The position numbers were made by a program, and so were the translations under genes. A stretch of 47,304 nucleotides of DNA from Chloroflexota bacterium (GTDB lineage Bacteria; Chloroflexota; Anaerolineae; CG2-30-64-16), in NCBI GenBank assembly GCA_037445695.1, contig JBBIKA010000007.1, positions 1-47,304 on the forward strand, written 5' to 3'. Position 1 is the stretch's first letter. Every line of letters begins with the position of its first letter. Positions 8,781 through 18,909 of the stretch are shown piece after piece. Under the pieces are notes generated by a model. The model worked only from the letters and a program-made list of their open reading frames with translations. It was not told the origin of the DNA and ran no database searches.

Positions 8781-9701
8781 ATGCAAGACGCGCTCGAAAT
8801 CTGGCAGACGCCGGCCGGCGGCCGGCCCTACATGGTGGCGGGGTGGAACCAGTGGGCCGACGCCGGATCCATCTCCTCCGAGCTGCCCACCTATCTGATC
8901 CAGAAAACGGGCGCCAGGAAGATCGCCCAGATCCGGCCGGAAGGCTTCTATCTGTTTCAGGCGCCCGGCACCCACCATTATCTGCGGCCCGTGGTCAAGC
9001 TCAAGGACGGCTATCGGCAAGCCATGGAAGTGAAACAGAACGAGTTCTATTACGCGAGCCTTGGCAACAAGGGCCTGATCATCTTCAAGGGCGAAGAGCC
9101 GCACCTGGACGTCGAACGCTACGCGGCAGCCTTCTTCGACGCGGCCGAGGCGTTTGGCGTGCGACGCATCATCATGGTCGGCGGTGTGTTCGGCGCCACC
9201 CCCTACGACAAGGACCGCCAGGTCTCGTGTGTCTATAGCTTGCCGCACATGAAGGCCGAACTGGAGCAGTACGCGGTCAGCTTCTCCAACTACGAGGGAG
9301 GCGTCACGATCTGCACCTACCTGGCGCACCACGCCGAGAGCCGCGGCATCGAAGCGATCGTCTTCTACGCCATCGTCCCGGCCTACGATTTCGCGGAATC
9401 CTCGCCCTTCAGCCAGAGCGTCCGCCTGGACACCGACTACCGGGCCTGGTGGGAGCTGATGCGCCGCATCAACCACATGGCTGACCTGGGGCTCAGCCTC
9501 TCGGATCTGCGCAATCGCAGCGACGAGCTCACCGCCCAGGTGAAGGCCCGGCTCGACGATCTGGCCCGCAGCGCGCCCCAACTCAACGTCCGCGACTATC
9601 TGGCCAAGGTAGCGCAAGAGTTCGTGGAGAACCCGTTCCTGCCGCTCGACGATGTCTGGGAGCGCGAGCTGGGCGATCTGTTCGAGGAGCAAGATGGATA
9701 G
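8781..9701 (+). CDS. PAC2 (proteasome assembly chaperone 2)-family protein
   Basis: MVAGWNQWADAG...RP...GEEPH...MVGG motifs typical of bacterial PAC2 proteins; AGGAAGGA RBS; alternative start 8772. Confidence 0.8.
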   Translation: MQDALEIWQTPAGGRPYMVAGWNQWADAGSISSELPTYLIQKTGARKIAQIRPEGFYLFQAPGTHHYLRPVVKLKDGYRQAMEVKQNEFYYASLGNKGLIIFKGEEPHLDVERYAAAFFDAAEAFGVRRIIMVGGVFGATPYDKDRQVSCVYSLPHMKAELEQYAVSFSNYEGGVTICTYLAHHAESRGIEAIVFYAIVPAYDFAESSPFSQSVRLDTDYRAWWELMRRINHMADLGLSLSDLRNRSDELTAQVKARLDDLARSAPQLNVRDYLAKVAQEFVENPFLPLDDVWERELGDLFEEQDG

Positions 9702-10620
9702 CCGGCCGCACCGCCAGCTCCGCACCCTGATCGTGCTAGGTCTCGCCAGCGCGGCCGTGCTCGCGCTGGCGACCAGCCTGTCGCAGGTGGAGTTTGCGCC
9801 GGGCGAGCCGTTCACCCTGGCCTTCGCTCCGGCCGCGCGGTCGCCGGCCGGCCTGACGATCGGCGCCTCGCCCACTTTGCTCCTGGTCATGCGCGTGATG
9901 TTCTTGCTCGCGTTGGCCCTTCTCCCCTTTTCCATCTTCTACCTGATCATCTCGGCCGAGGCCCGCAAACGGGTTCTGCAAAACCTGATCGTCTACGGCA
10001 CCTTCATCCTCCTCATCTATCTGGTGCGTCGCCAGATGCAGGCGGGCGAAGAGAGCGGTTTCCTGGCCGGCCTGGGCCTGTTGGCGACCGGCGACGCGAC
10101 CGCCACCCGGCCGCCGGCCGAATTCAACGCGACCGTGCCGGGATGGCTGGTGCCGCTCGTCAGCTTCTTGATGGCCGGCCTGCTGGTGGCCCTGCTCGGC
10201 GCCATCGTGTGGAGCCTGGCGCGGCGGCGCCCGCGCGGGGAACGCGTGCTCGCGCTCGATGCATTGGCCGAAACGGCCGAGGAGGCGCGCGCCACCATCG
10301 AAGCCGGCGGCGACCTGCGCAATACGATCATTCGCTGTTATGTCGAGATGAACCGGCTGGTGCGCGAAACGCGCGGCATCTACCGCGACCGGGCGATGAC
10401 GCCCCGCGAATTCGAGGAACGCCTGGAGCATTCAGGCCTGCCGGCTGCTCAGGTGCACGATCTGACCCTGCTCTTCGAAGATGTGCGCTACGGCGCCAAG
10501 GAGCTAGGGCCCTGGGAGGGACGGCGGGCCATCGCCTGCCTGGCCGCCATCGCGGAATCGTGCCGGACCCTGGCCGGCGAACCGGCCGTTCCCGCGCTGC
10601 AGCCGCCCGGCCTGTCGTAG
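9694..10620 (+). CDS. DUF4129-domain membrane protein
   Basis: N-terminal TMs; C-terminal IIRCYVEM...R.RAMTPREF...LTLLFEDVRYG motif; typical of MoxR operons. Confidence 0.8.
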   Translation: MDSRPHRQLRTLIVLGLASAAVLALATSLSQVEFAPGEPFTLAFAPAARSPAGLTIGASPTLLLVMRVMFLLALALLPFSIFYLIISAEARKRVLQNLIVYGTFILLIYLVRRQMQAGEESGFLAGLGLLATGDATATRPPAEFNATVPGWLVPLVSFLMAGLLVALLGAIVWSLARRRPRGERVLALDALAETAEEARATIEAGGDLRNTIIRCYVEMNRLVRETRGIYRDRAMTPREFEERLEHSGLPAAQVHDLTLLFEDVRYGAKELGPWEGRRAIACLAAIAESCRTLAGEPAVPALQPPGLS

Positions 10621-10623
10621 ACC

Positions 10624-11304
10624 ATGACGCACACGACTTCAACGCCCTCGCGCCACCTCATCGCCGGCCGGGCCTGGTTCGTCGGCCTCCTGTTCGGCGG
10701 CTTGCTCGTCGCGGCAGGATTGGGGTTGGCACTCCAAGGCGTGGCGCGCGATTCGTTGATCATGCCGGCCCTCTTCCTGGCCTGGCTGCTCGGCCTGTTC
10801 TTTCGCAGCGTACCCGGCTGGGTCTGGTGGGCCTGGTTTCTGGTGCTGGCGCTGGTCTTTGCGGCCCGCAGCCTGCGCACACACATGAAACACGAACCGG
10901 CCGGACCGCTGCCGCGCGGTCCGGCCCAGGGCGCCATCCAGGTCTGGGCCGGCCGACTGCGGGCGGCCGAACACGGCGGCTATTTTCGCTGGCGGCTGGC
11001 GCACGACCTGGCCGAACTGAGCTTACAACTGTTGTCCTACCGCAAACGCGGGGATCTGAGCCGCGGCGAGCGCAGCGAAGCCATCGAACTGCTCGCCGCG
11101 CCGCCGCCGATCGCCGCCTATCTGCGCATGGGCCTGGCCGCGCCGCCCTGGCAGGCGCAAGACCTGCGCGCCCGCCTGACGCGCCTCTGGCAACACGAGA
11201 CAGAGGACGCCCCCCTCCTGCTCGATCCGACCACGGTCGTGCAGTTCCTGGAGGGCCAACTGGAGAGAGAGCATGACGATCAGCATTCGGCAAGTAGCAG
11301 CTAA
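10624..11304 (+). CDS. Hypothetical membrane protein of the MoxR operon
   Basis: Three hydrophobic segments, tightly packed in the operon. Confidence 0.7.
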   Translation: MTHTTSTPSRHLIAGRAWFVGLLFGGLLVAAGLGLALQGVARDSLIMPALFLAWLLGLFFRSVPGWVWWAWFLVLALVFAARSLRTHMKHEPAGPLPRGPAQGAIQVWAGRLRAAEHGGYFRWRLAHDLAELSLQLLSYRKRGDLSRGERSEAIELLAAPPPIAAYLRMGLAAPPWQAQDLRARLTRLWQHETEDAPLLLDPTTVVQFLEGQLEREHDDQHSASSS

Positions 11305-12238
11305 GAGCGAGCGCATCATCCAGGAGGTCGAACGGGTCATCGTCGGCAAGCGACCGCTCCTGGAGAAACTGATGGCGGCCACGCTGGTCCCCGGCGGCCA
11401 TGTCTTGCTGGAAGACTATCCCGGCCTGGCGAAGACGATGATCGCCAAGAGCTTCGCCCTGGCCTTGGGACTGGCGTTCAAACGCATCCAGTTCACCCCC
11501 GACCTGCTCCCCGGCGACATCACGGGCGGCTACGTCTTCGACCGCGACCAGAACCGCTTCGTGCTGCGCCAGGGCCCCATCTTCGCCAACATCATCCTGG
11601 CCGACGAGATCAATCGCGCCTCGCCCAAGACCCAATCGGCGCTGCTCGAGGCGATGCAAGAATATCAGGTGACGCTGGAAGGAGAGACGCTGCGCCTGCC
11701 CGAGCCGTTCATCGTGCTCGCCACCCAGAACCCGATCGAGTACGAAGGCACCTTCCCCCTGCCCGAAGCCCAACTCGACCGCTTCATCATGAAGCTCTCG
11801 GTGGGCTATCCCTCCGCGGAGGAGGAGCAGGAGATCCTGCGCCGCCGGCGGGCGCGACAACGCGACGAGTTCGAGCTGAAGCAGATCACCGACGCGGAGG
11901 AGCTGTTGGAGCTGCGCGCGGCCGTCGAGCAGGTGCACGTGGACGCCGACGTCGAACGCTACATGATCGAGCTGGTGGCGGCCACGCGGCGACGCCGGCA
12001 GGTGGCCGTAGGCGCCAGCCCCCGCGGGTCGCTGGCGCTCCTCAAGCTGGCGCGTGCCTGGGCGGCCATGCAGGGCCGGGATTACGTCTTGCCCGACGAC
12101 GTCAAAGTCTTCGTGCGGCCGGTGCTGATCCATCGCCTGATCCTGGAGCCCGACCTGTGGCTCACCCGCCAGGCTGCCGACGACGTGATCGCCGACGTGC
12201 TCCGCTCGGTCGCCGTGCCTGTGGTCGCCGAGGCATAG
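11273..12238 (+). CDS. MoxR-family AAA+ ATPase
   Basis: HVLLEDYPGLAKT, RIQFTPDLLPGD, LADEINRASPKTQSALLEAMQE, ATQNPIEYEGTFPLPEAQLDRF. Confidence 0.97.
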   Translation: MTISIRQVAAKSERIIQEVERVIVGKRPLLEKLMAATLVPGGHVLLEDYPGLAKTMIAKSFALALGLAFKRIQFTPDLLPGDITGGYVFDRDQNRFVLRQGPIFANIILADEINRASPKTQSALLEAMQEYQVTLEGETLRLPEPFIVLATQNPIEYEGTFPLPEAQLDRFIMKLSVGYPSAEEEQEILRRRRARQRDEFELKQITDAEELLELRAAVEQVHVDADVERYMIELVAATRRRRQVAVGASPRGSLALLKLARAWAAMQGRDYVLPDDVKVFVRPVLIHRLILEPDLWLTRQAADDVIADVLRSVAVPVVAEA

Positions 12239-12239
12239 C

Positions 12240-13529
12240 ATGGGCCGCCTGTTCCTGTTGGCCGGCGCGATGTACGGCCTGCTGCTGATCGGCCTGGCGA
12301 CGCTGAACGGTGGCCTGCTGGCGCTGGCCTTGCCGTTGATCGTCTACCTGGGCGCCGCGTTGCTCTACGCGCCCGACGTGCCCCGGCTCCAGGTGACGCG
12401 CACCCTGAGCGCCGAACGGGTGCGGCCGGCCGCCGAAGTCGAGGTGACGCTGACGATCCGCAACGAAAGCGCGCAACTCGAGGAGGTGCTGCTGGAAGAC
12501 CTGGTGCCGGCGTCCCTCACCGTGCGTTCGGGCCGGCCGGAAAAGGTCGTCGTGCTCTCGCCCGGCAAGAGCGTGGAGCTGAGCTACACGGTGGTCGGGC
12601 CGCGCGGCTACCATCAATTCCAGGCCTTGCGCGTGACCGCGGCCGACCATCTGGGCCTGTTCCGCCGCCAGGTGACCCTGCCCGCGCCGGGCGGCTTCCT
12701 GGTGTTGCCCGAGGTGGCCCGCCTGCGCCAGGTGGCCATCCGGCCGCTGCGCACGCGGGCCAGCGCGGGGACCATCGCGGCGCGCGTGGGCGGCCCGGGG
12801 GTGGATTTCTTCGGCGTGCGCGAGTACCAGTATGGCGACTCGCTGCGCTGGATCAACTGGCACGCCACCGCTCGCCATCCGCGCCACATCTTCACCAACG
12901 AGTTCGAGCAGGAGCGCATCGCCGACGTGGGCCTGATCCTGGATGCCCGCCAGCGCCACGACCTGTGGTCGGGCCGCGACTCGCTCTTCGAACATTCCAT
13001 CCGCGCCACGGCCGCCCTGGCCGACACCTTCCTGCGGGCCGGCAACCGCGTGGCGCTGCTCGCCTACGGCGCGGGGTTGACCTGGGTCTTTCCGGGCTAC
13101 GGCCACCTGCAGCGCGAACGCATCTTGCAGGCCCTGGGCCGCGCGCAAACCGGCGAAAGCGACATCTTCGAGACGCTGGAATACCTGCCCACGCGGCTCT
13201 TCCCGGCCCACTCGCAGATCGTGCTGGTGAGCCCCCTGTGCGCCGACGACCTCCGCACGCTGATCCGGCTGCGCGCCCACGGCTACGAGGTGCTGGTGAT
13301 CAGCCCCGACCCGATCGCGTTCGAAAGTCGGGGATTGGCCGCCGACCGGTATACGACAACGGCCGCGCGGCTGGCCCGGCTGGAGCGGACGATCTTGCTG
13401 CGCCGTCTGCGTCAGGCCGGGGTTCAGGTGGTGGATTGGGCGGTAGATCGGCCGCTGGACGAGGCGGTGCTGGTGTCGCTGGGGCGGTCGCCGCGCCGGA
13501 CCCGGCCCGCATCGGCCGGGCCGGTCTGA
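12240..13529 (+). CDS. DUF58-domain (VWA-like) protein
   Basis: DFFGVREYQYGDSLRWINWHATAR...NEFEQER motif; follows moxR. Confidence 0.92.
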   Translation: MGRLFLLAGAMYGLLLIGLATLNGGLLALALPLIVYLGAALLYAPDVPRLQVTRTLSAERVRPAAEVEVTLTIRNESAQLEEVLLEDLVPASLTVRSGRPEKVVVLSPGKSVELSYTVVGPRGYHQFQALRVTAADHLGLFRRQVTLPAPGGFLVLPEVARLRQVAIRPLRTRASAGTIAARVGGPGVDFFGVREYQYGDSLRWINWHATARHPRHIFTNEFEQERIADVGLILDARQRHDLWSGRDSLFEHSIRATAALADTFLRAGNRVALLAYGAGLTWVFPGYGHLQRERILQALGRAQTGESDIFETLEYLPTRLFPAHSQIVLVSPLCADDLRTLIRLRAHGYEVLVISPDPIAFESRGLAADRYTTTAARLARLERTILLRRLRQAGVQVVDWAVDRPLDEAVLVSLGRSPRRTRPASAGPV

Positions 13530-13569
13530 GGGGGCCGCGGATGGAGACGGACAAAACGGGGGAGCGCAG

Positions 13570-14070
13570 ATGACCATCGCGCGTGCAGCTTTTCTCTGCA
13601 TCCTGGTGGCCGGCGCCGCGGGAGCCGCGTGTTGGTGGCCGGTCGGCGCGTGGCCGGTGGGCTTGTTGGCCGTGGGCCTGACGGGCTTGTGGCTCGTCAC
13701 CCGGCGGCGGCGCCCCGGATCGTTCGCTTCGCCGATGCTCCTGGCGTTCATCCTCCTTGCCGCCGCGGCCGCCGATCTGCCCTCGGCCCGGTTCTGGGCG
13801 CCCCTCGCGCTGGTGGCCGCGCTCGCCGCCTGGGACCTGGAGCGGTTCGCCGGCCGGCTGGCCATAGCCGAACCATCGGCCGAGACGCGCGATCTGGAAC
13901 AACGTCACCTCCGGCGCCTGGCCGCGGTCGCCGGCTCCGGCCTGTTGTTGGGCTGGGCCGGCCAGGCCATTCACCTCAAACTCGACCTCGCCCTCATCCT
14001 GCTCCTGGGCTTTCTGGCCATCCTGGGCCTGAACCGCCTCGTGCGCTCGCTGGTGCGCGAAAGCGACTAG
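13570..14070 (+). CDS. Hypothetical membrane protein
   Basis: Multiple TM segments, GGGAG RBS, last gene of the MoxR operon. Confidence 0.7.
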   Translation: MTIARAAFLCILVAGAAGAACWWPVGAWPVGLLAVGLTGLWLVTRRRRPGSFASPMLLAFILLAAAAADLPSARFWAPLALVAALAAWDLERFAGRLAIAEPSAETRDLEQRHLRRLAAVAGSGLLLGWAGQAIHLKLDLALILLLGFLAILGLNRLVRSLVRESD

Positions 14071-14083
14071 CCCAGGGCCATCC

Positions 14084-14112
14084 TTGGTGAAAAGGCGGCC
14101 CTGTGTTATACT
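14084..14112 (+). promoter_or_regulatory. Sigma70-type promoter of the cytochrome c maturation cluster
   Basis: TTGGTG-17 nt-TATACT with extended TGn. Confidence 0.5.
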
Positions 14113-14127
14113 GATCTGAAAATAGAC

Positions 14128-14175
14128 GTGCCAGGCACGCCTTTCGCGAAATTTCGCGAAAGAAGTGCCTGGCAC
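14128..14175. repeat. Nested palindrome, REP-like family A
   Basis: GTGCCAGGCAC-gcc-TTTCGCGAAA-TTTCGCGAAA-gaa-GTGCCTGGCAC. Confidence 0.8.
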
Positions 14176-14209
14176 GTAGACGCTGTTCATCGGAGGAAAT
14201 CGAACATCC

Positions 14210-15166
14210 ATGATCGGAACTGCAAAGAGGTCATGGCCTTGGCCGGCAATGCGGTGGGCCCTGGCCGTGCCGATCGGCGGTCTGCTCCTGTTGCTCCTGA
14301 TCGGCACGACCGTCACGGCGCAAGCGCCGACGTTGACGCTGGATCAGGCCTCGTTGAGGTTGTGGCCTGAATACGACGATCCCGGCCTGCTGGTCATTCT
14401 GTCGGGCGCGTTCACCGGCACCGTCGCCTTCCCCCAGCCGATCGCGTTCCCGATCCCGGCCAACGCGCGCGGCATCCAGGCCACCTACATCGGGGAAGAC
14501 GGCAATCTGTATAACCAGCCCTATCAAATCGTCGAGGGCAAATTGACCTATTCCCTGCCGCGGCCGCAGTTCCAGATCGAGTTCTATCTCGACCGGCCGC
14601 CGGCGGGCAACCAACGCGAGCTGAGCTACACCTTTGAAGCGCCTTATGCCATCAACGAACTGACCGTCTCCTTCCAGCAACCGGCGCGCGCCACGGGCTT
14701 CTCGACGCTGCCGACGCCCGAAGAGTCGTTTCAGGGCAGCGACGGGTTCACCTATTACGCTTTCGTCCGCCGGGGCCTCAAGGCCGGCGACCGGCTGCCG
14801 CTGACCATGCGCTATGTCAAGAACGACCAGGGACTTTCGGTGGCGCAGGCCAAATTGGACGCCGGCAGCCCCGCGGCAGCGGTCCCGGCGTCGAACGCCT
14901 CAGCGGCCGGCACGCTTCCCGGGTGGCTTCCCTACCTGCTGATCGGCCTGGGCGCGGCCACGCTGGTCGGCGCCGGCAGCTACTGGTATCTCCGCCTGCG
15001 GCCGCCGACGACGCTGCAACCGCGGCCCTCCCTCGCGCGAAGCCAGACGAAGAGCACGCCGACGAGCGCACCGGCCGGCAAAGCAGTGTTCTGCACCCGC
15101 TGCGGACGTCGCTTCGGCCCAGAGGATCGCTTCTGTGCGCAATGCGGCGCGCCGCGCAGGGAGTAA
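14210..15166 (+). CDS. Membrane-anchored exported protein with C-terminal zinc ribbon
   Basis: Signal peptide, LWPEYD domain, TM helix, FCTRCG...FCAQCG; GGAGG RBS. Confidence 0.8.
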   Translation: MIGTAKRSWPWPAMRWALAVPIGGLLLLLLIGTTVTAQAPTLTLDQASLRLWPEYDDPGLLVILSGAFTGTVAFPQPIAFPIPANARGIQATYIGEDGNLYNQPYQIVEGKLTYSLPRPQFQIEFYLDRPPAGNQRELSYTFEAPYAINELTVSFQQPARATGFSTLPTPEESFQGSDGFTYYAFVRRGLKAGDRLPLTMRYVKNDQGLSVAQAKLDAGSPAAAVPASNASAAGTLPGWLPYLLIGLGAATLVGAGSYWYLRLRPPTTLQPRPSLARSQTKSTPTSAPAGKAVFCTRCGRRFGPEDRFCAQCGAPRRE

Positions 15167-15197
15167 CTCGAAACAAAACTTTCAGGAGTCGGAACAG

Positions 15198-15701
15198 ATG
15201 ATAAATGTACGCGGCGCCCTATGGCGGCTGATGGCGATCGGCCTGGTGCTGGCGCTCTGGCTGGGGGCCGGCGGCCCGGCCCAGGCGCAAACGCCGACGC
15301 CCAACCAGATCAACGCCGTTGCCAAAGAGCTGTGGTGTCCGCTGTGTAACGGCGTGCGGCTCGACAACTGCGAGCTGCAAGCCTGCATCCAGATGCGCGA
15401 GGTGATCGCCCAAAAGCTGATGGCCGGCGAGAGCAAGGAGCAGATCAAGGCCTACTTCGTTCAGCAATACGGCGATGTCGTGTTGGGCGCGCCTTCGCGC
15501 GAAGGCTTCAACCTGGTGGCGTGGCTGTTGCCCGTCCTGATCGGCCTGGTGGCGGCCGGCTGGCTCGTCTTCCTGGTGCGCATCTGGACGCGGCGCCGCG
15601 CCCCGGCCGCGATCGCCGCGCCGGCCAATCCATCGGCAACCGTCCCCGCGCGCGAGGAGTACCTCAGGCGGGTAGACGAGGAACTGCGCAAGTACGAGTA
15701 G
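15198..15701 (+). CDS. ccmH: Cytochrome c-type biogenesis protein CcmH/CycL
   Basis: LWCPLC motif (LRCxxC-like), MREVI...[18 protein letters not shown]-terminal TM. Confidence 0.88.
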   Translation: MINVRGALWRLMAIGLVLALWLGAGGPAQAQTPTPNQINAVAKELWCPLCNGVRLDNCELQACIQMREVIAQKLMAGESKEQIKAYFVQQYGDVVLGAPSREGFNLVAWLLPVLIGLVAAGWLVFLVRIWTRRRAPAAIAAPANPSATVPAREEYLRRVDEELRKYE

Positions 15702-15706
15702 GTCAC

Positions 15707-16174
15707 ATGTTGACCATCCTGCAAGGTGAACGCATCGGCCGCACGGCCGAACTGTTCGTCGGATGCTCGGGCACCGTCTTCGATCAGGAGCGCCGCAAGA
15801 TTCTGCTCACGCGGCGGGCCGACAACGGTCGCTGGTGTCTGCCGGGCGGCCATGTGGAGCCGGGCGAGACGGTCGCCGAGGCCTGCATCCGCGAGATGCA
15901 GGAAGAAACCGGTCTCGTCGTGCGCATCGTGCGCCTGATCGGCGTCTACAGCAGCCCCCACTTCGTGCTCGACTACGGCGAGCGGGGCCGCTTTCAGGTG
16001 ATCGGTCTCAACTTCGAGGTCGAGCCGATCGGCGGCACGCTGGGCCTGAGCAACGAAACCATCGCCGTGGACTACTTCGCGGCCGAGGAGATCGCTCAAC
16101 TCGACCTGTTGGAACACCATCGCGAACGCATCGCGGACGCGTTCGCGGACGGCCAAACGACCTTTGTGCGCTAA
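15707..16174 (+). CDS. NUDIX hydrolase
   Basis: Nudix box [24 protein letters not shown]. Confidence 0.92.
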   Translation: MLTILQGERIGRTAELFVGCSGTVFDQERRKILLTRRADNGRWCLPGGHVEPGETVAEACIREMQEETGLVVRIVRLIGVYSSPHFVLDYGERGRFQVIGLNFEVEPIGGTLGLSNETIAVDYFAAEEIAQLDLLEHHRERIADAFADGQTTFVR

Positions 16175-16186
16175 GGACTGTATCAC

Positions 16187-16759
16187 ATGACCACATCCAC
16201 CGATCAAGCTCCCGCGCCGACGCGCCGGCTTCCGGCGTGGGCCATCGGCCTGGGGATCATCGTCATCTTCGTTGCCGGGCTGCTGGCGCTCTTGCTGTTG
16301 AAGCCGCCGCAGAAGAGCCTTTGCGATGAGGCCGCGCCCGACTTCACCCTGACCCTCTTCCCCGAATATCGCGGCGGCTTCAGCGGCGATACGCTCACCC
16401 TGGCCGATCTGAGGGGAAAGGGCGTGGTGCTCAACTTCTGGGCCAGCTGGTGCAAACCGTGCGAAGAAGAAGCCGCGGCCCTGGAGGCCGCCTGGCGCCA
16501 GTACAAAGATCAGGGGATCGTCTTTGTCGGCGTGGACTATCTCGACCAGGACCCGGCGGCCAAACGCTACTTGCAAAAGTTCAACATCACCTATCCCAAC
16601 GGTCCCGATCTGGCCAGCAAGATCGCGAAGCGCTATGCCATTCGCGGGGTGCCCGAGACCTTCTTCATTGACCCGCAAGGGAAGATCGTCGGGTGCCGCA
16701 AGATCGGCCCTCTAAGCGATGCAGAGTTACGCCAGCGCATCGCCCCAATCCTGCCTTAA
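16187..16759 (+). CDS. TlpA/ResA/CcmG-like thiol-disulfide oxidoreductase
   Basis: N-terminal [24 protein letters not shown]. Confidence 0.93.
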   Translation: MTTSTDQAPAPTRRLPAWAIGLGIIVIFVAGLLALLLLKPPQKSLCDEAAPDFTLTLFPEYRGGFSGDTLTLADLRGKGVVLNFWASWCKPCEEEAAALEAAWRQYKDQGIVFVGVDYLDQDPAAKRYLQKFNITYPNGPDLASKIAKRYAIRGVPETFFIDPQGKIVGCRKIGPLSDAELRQRIAPILP

Positions 16760-16781
16760 GGGCAATGTGGAGATGCCTGTA

Positions 16782-18836
16782 ATGTCCATCACCGATGTCG
16801 GTTATGTCGCTTTCGTCTTGGCGCTCGTGCTGAGCATATACGGCGTCGTGGTATCGGTGCTCGGCGGCCGGCGCAACCTGCCCGAACTGGTCGCCAGCGG
16901 CCGCAATGCCACCTACGTCGTCGGCGGGTTGGTGCTGATCGCCGCCTTGACCCTCTGGTATGCCCTGCTCAACAACCAATTTCAGGTCGAATTCGTCGCC
17001 ACCCACAGCGAGCGCAACCTGCCCACCTTCTACAAGATCTCGGCCCTGTGGGGCGGCCAGGCCGGCTCGCTCACCTTCTGGACGTTGCTCCTGTGCGGCT
17101 TTGCCGTGGCCGCCACCTGGTTCTTCCGCAACGAGCAGTCCGGTCTTCGATTTTATGTCAACCCCGTGCTCCTGGTGGCCATCGCCTTCTTCATTACCGT
17201 CGTGCTCTTGGCGGCCAATCCGTTCGCGAAGCTCTGGCGCAGCGCGGGCGGCCAGATCGTCACGGCCGTGTGGCCGCCGCCGGGCGCTACGCCCTTCATC
17301 CCGGCCGATGGCCAGGGGTTGAACCCGCAACTGCAGAACTACTGGATGGTGATCCATCCCATCATGCTCTACCTGGGCTTCGTGGGCTTGACGGTGCCGT
17401 TTGCGTTCGCGGTGGCCGCGCTGATCACGGGCCAGCTCGGCAACGCGTGGATCAGGCTCATCCGCAAGTGGACCCTCATCCCCTGGCTCTTCCTGAGCAT
17501 CGGCATCATCATGGGCTCGCAGTGGGCTTATGTCGAGCTGGGCTGGGGCGGCTATTGGGCCTGGGATCCGGTGGAAAATGCCTCTTTCCTGCCCTGGCTG
17601 ACCGCCACCGCCTTCGTGCACAGCATCATGATCCAGGAGCGCCGCGGCATGCTCAAGGTCTGGAACATGGTGTTGGTCTGGCTCACCTGGGAGCTGACCC
17701 TCTTCGGCACCTTCCTGACCCGCAGCGGGGTGATCGAATCGGTGCATGCGTTCGCCCTCTCGCCCATCGGGCCGATGTTCGCCGTGTTCATCGTGGCCAC
17801 CCTGGTGGCCTACCTGGCGCTGCTGCTCTGGCGGATGCCGCTGCTGAAGAGCGAAAATCAGCTCGATGCCGTGCTCTCGCGCGAGACGGCCTTCCTCTCG
17901 CAGAACGTCATCTTTGTGGTCATCATGCTCGCCACGCTGCTCGGCACGATGTTCCGGCCGATCTCCGAATGGGTGACGGGCAACAAGATCTCGCTCAACG
18001 CGCCCTATTTCCAGCAGGTCAACGGCCCGATCTTCTTCGTGCTGTTGCTGCTGATGGGCGCGGCGCCGCTGTTGGCGTGGCGCCGTTCCGGCCCGGAAAC
18101 GCTGTGGCGCAACTTCGCGCTGCCGGTCGCCGCGGCGCTACTCGGCGTCGTCGCGCTCTACGCGTTCGGGATGCGTAACCCGGCCGGCCTCATCGGCCTC
18201 GCCGCGCTGATCTTCGTCTTCGCGGGCATCCTCCAGGAATACGTGCGCGGGGTGCAAGCCCGCCGGCATTCGACCGGCGAGCCGATTGCCGTGGCCCTGG
18301 TCAACCTGGTGCGCCGCAACGGCCGGCGTTACGGCGGCTACATCGTCCACATCGGCGTGCTGATGATTGCCCTGGGCATCATCGGCAACGAATTCTTCCA
18401 GTCGGAGTCGGAGGCCAACCTGCGGCCCGGCCAGACGATCAGCGTGGCCAACTACGTGCTCACCTATCGCGGCCTGGAGGCCAGCCGGGGGCCGAACTAC
18501 ACCGAGTATACCGCTCGTCTCGACATCCAGCGCAACGGCCGGCCGGCCGGCCAGGTCTTTCCGAAGAAACATCTTTACGACAAGAATCCGGAACAGCCCA
18601 TGACCGAGGTCGGCCTGGTGCCCGGGCCCATCGAAGACGTCTACGCGGTATTGGCCGGCTTCGAGGACAACGGCAATACCGCCTCCTTCAAGGTCTACAT
18701 CAACCCGCTGATGTCGTGGATGTGGGTCGGCGAGATCTTCCTAGTGTTGGGAGTATTGATCGGCATCTGGCCCCGACGGGCGGCGGCCGTGGCCACCGCC
18801 CGCGCCCCGGCGTCCGGCGCCACCCAACCGGCCTGA
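16782..18836 (+). CDS. ccmF: Cytochrome c heme lyase subunit CcmF/NrfE
   Basis: WWD domain WAYVELGWGGYWAWDPVENASFLPWL, GLNPQLQ..WMVIHP, TRSG...SVHAF; GGAG RBS before ATG 16782. Confidence 0.96.
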   Translation: MSITDVGYVAFVLALVLSIYGVVVSVLGGRRNLPELVASGRNATYVVGGLVLIAALTLWYALLNNQFQVEFVATHSERNLPTFYKISALWGGQAGSLTFWTLLLCGFAVAATWFFRNEQSGLRFYVNPVLLVAIAFFITVVLLAANPFAKLWRSAGGQIVTAVWPPPGATPFIPADGQGLNPQLQNYWMVIHPIMLYLGFVGLTVPFAFAVAALITGQLGNAWIRLIRKWTLIPWLFLSIGIIMGSQWAYVELGWGGYWAWDPVENASFLPWLTATAFVHSIMIQERRGMLKVWNMVLVWLTWELTLFGTFLTRSGVIESVHAFALSPIGPMFAVFIVATLVAYLALLLWRMPLLKSENQLDAVLSRETAFLSQNVIFVVIMLATLLGTMFRPISEWVTGNKISLNAPYFQQVNGPIFFVLLLLMGAAPLLAWRRSGPETLWRNFALPVAAALLGVVALYAFGMRNPAGLIGLAALIFVFAGILQEYVRGVQARRHSTGEPIAVALVNLVRRNGRRYGGYIVHIGVLMIALGIIGNEFFQSESEANLRPGQTISVANYVLTYRGLEASRGPNYTEYTARLDIQRNGRPAGQVFPKKHLYDKNPEQPMTEVGLVPGPIEDVYAVLAGFEDNGNTASFKVYINPLMSWMWVGEIFLVLGVLIGIWPRRAAAVATARAPASGATQPA

Positions 18837-18858
18837 GGCGTTCGGCCCGTTTTCGCTC

Positions 18859-18900
18859 GACTTTCGACGTTGGACTTTCGACGTTTGACGTTTCACCTTT
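18859..18900. repeat. Degenerate 7-bp tandem repeat, six units
   Basis: GACTTTC GACGTTG GACTTTC GACGTTT GACGTTT CACCTTT. Confidence 0.75.
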
Positions 18901-18909
18901 AGGATCATC

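Noticed and set aside
7107-9935. 942-aa ORF as a single protein
   Set aside because: The N-terminal half is antisense to the PAC2 and DUF4129 genes and crosses repeat DNA; a promoter points to a start at 8462
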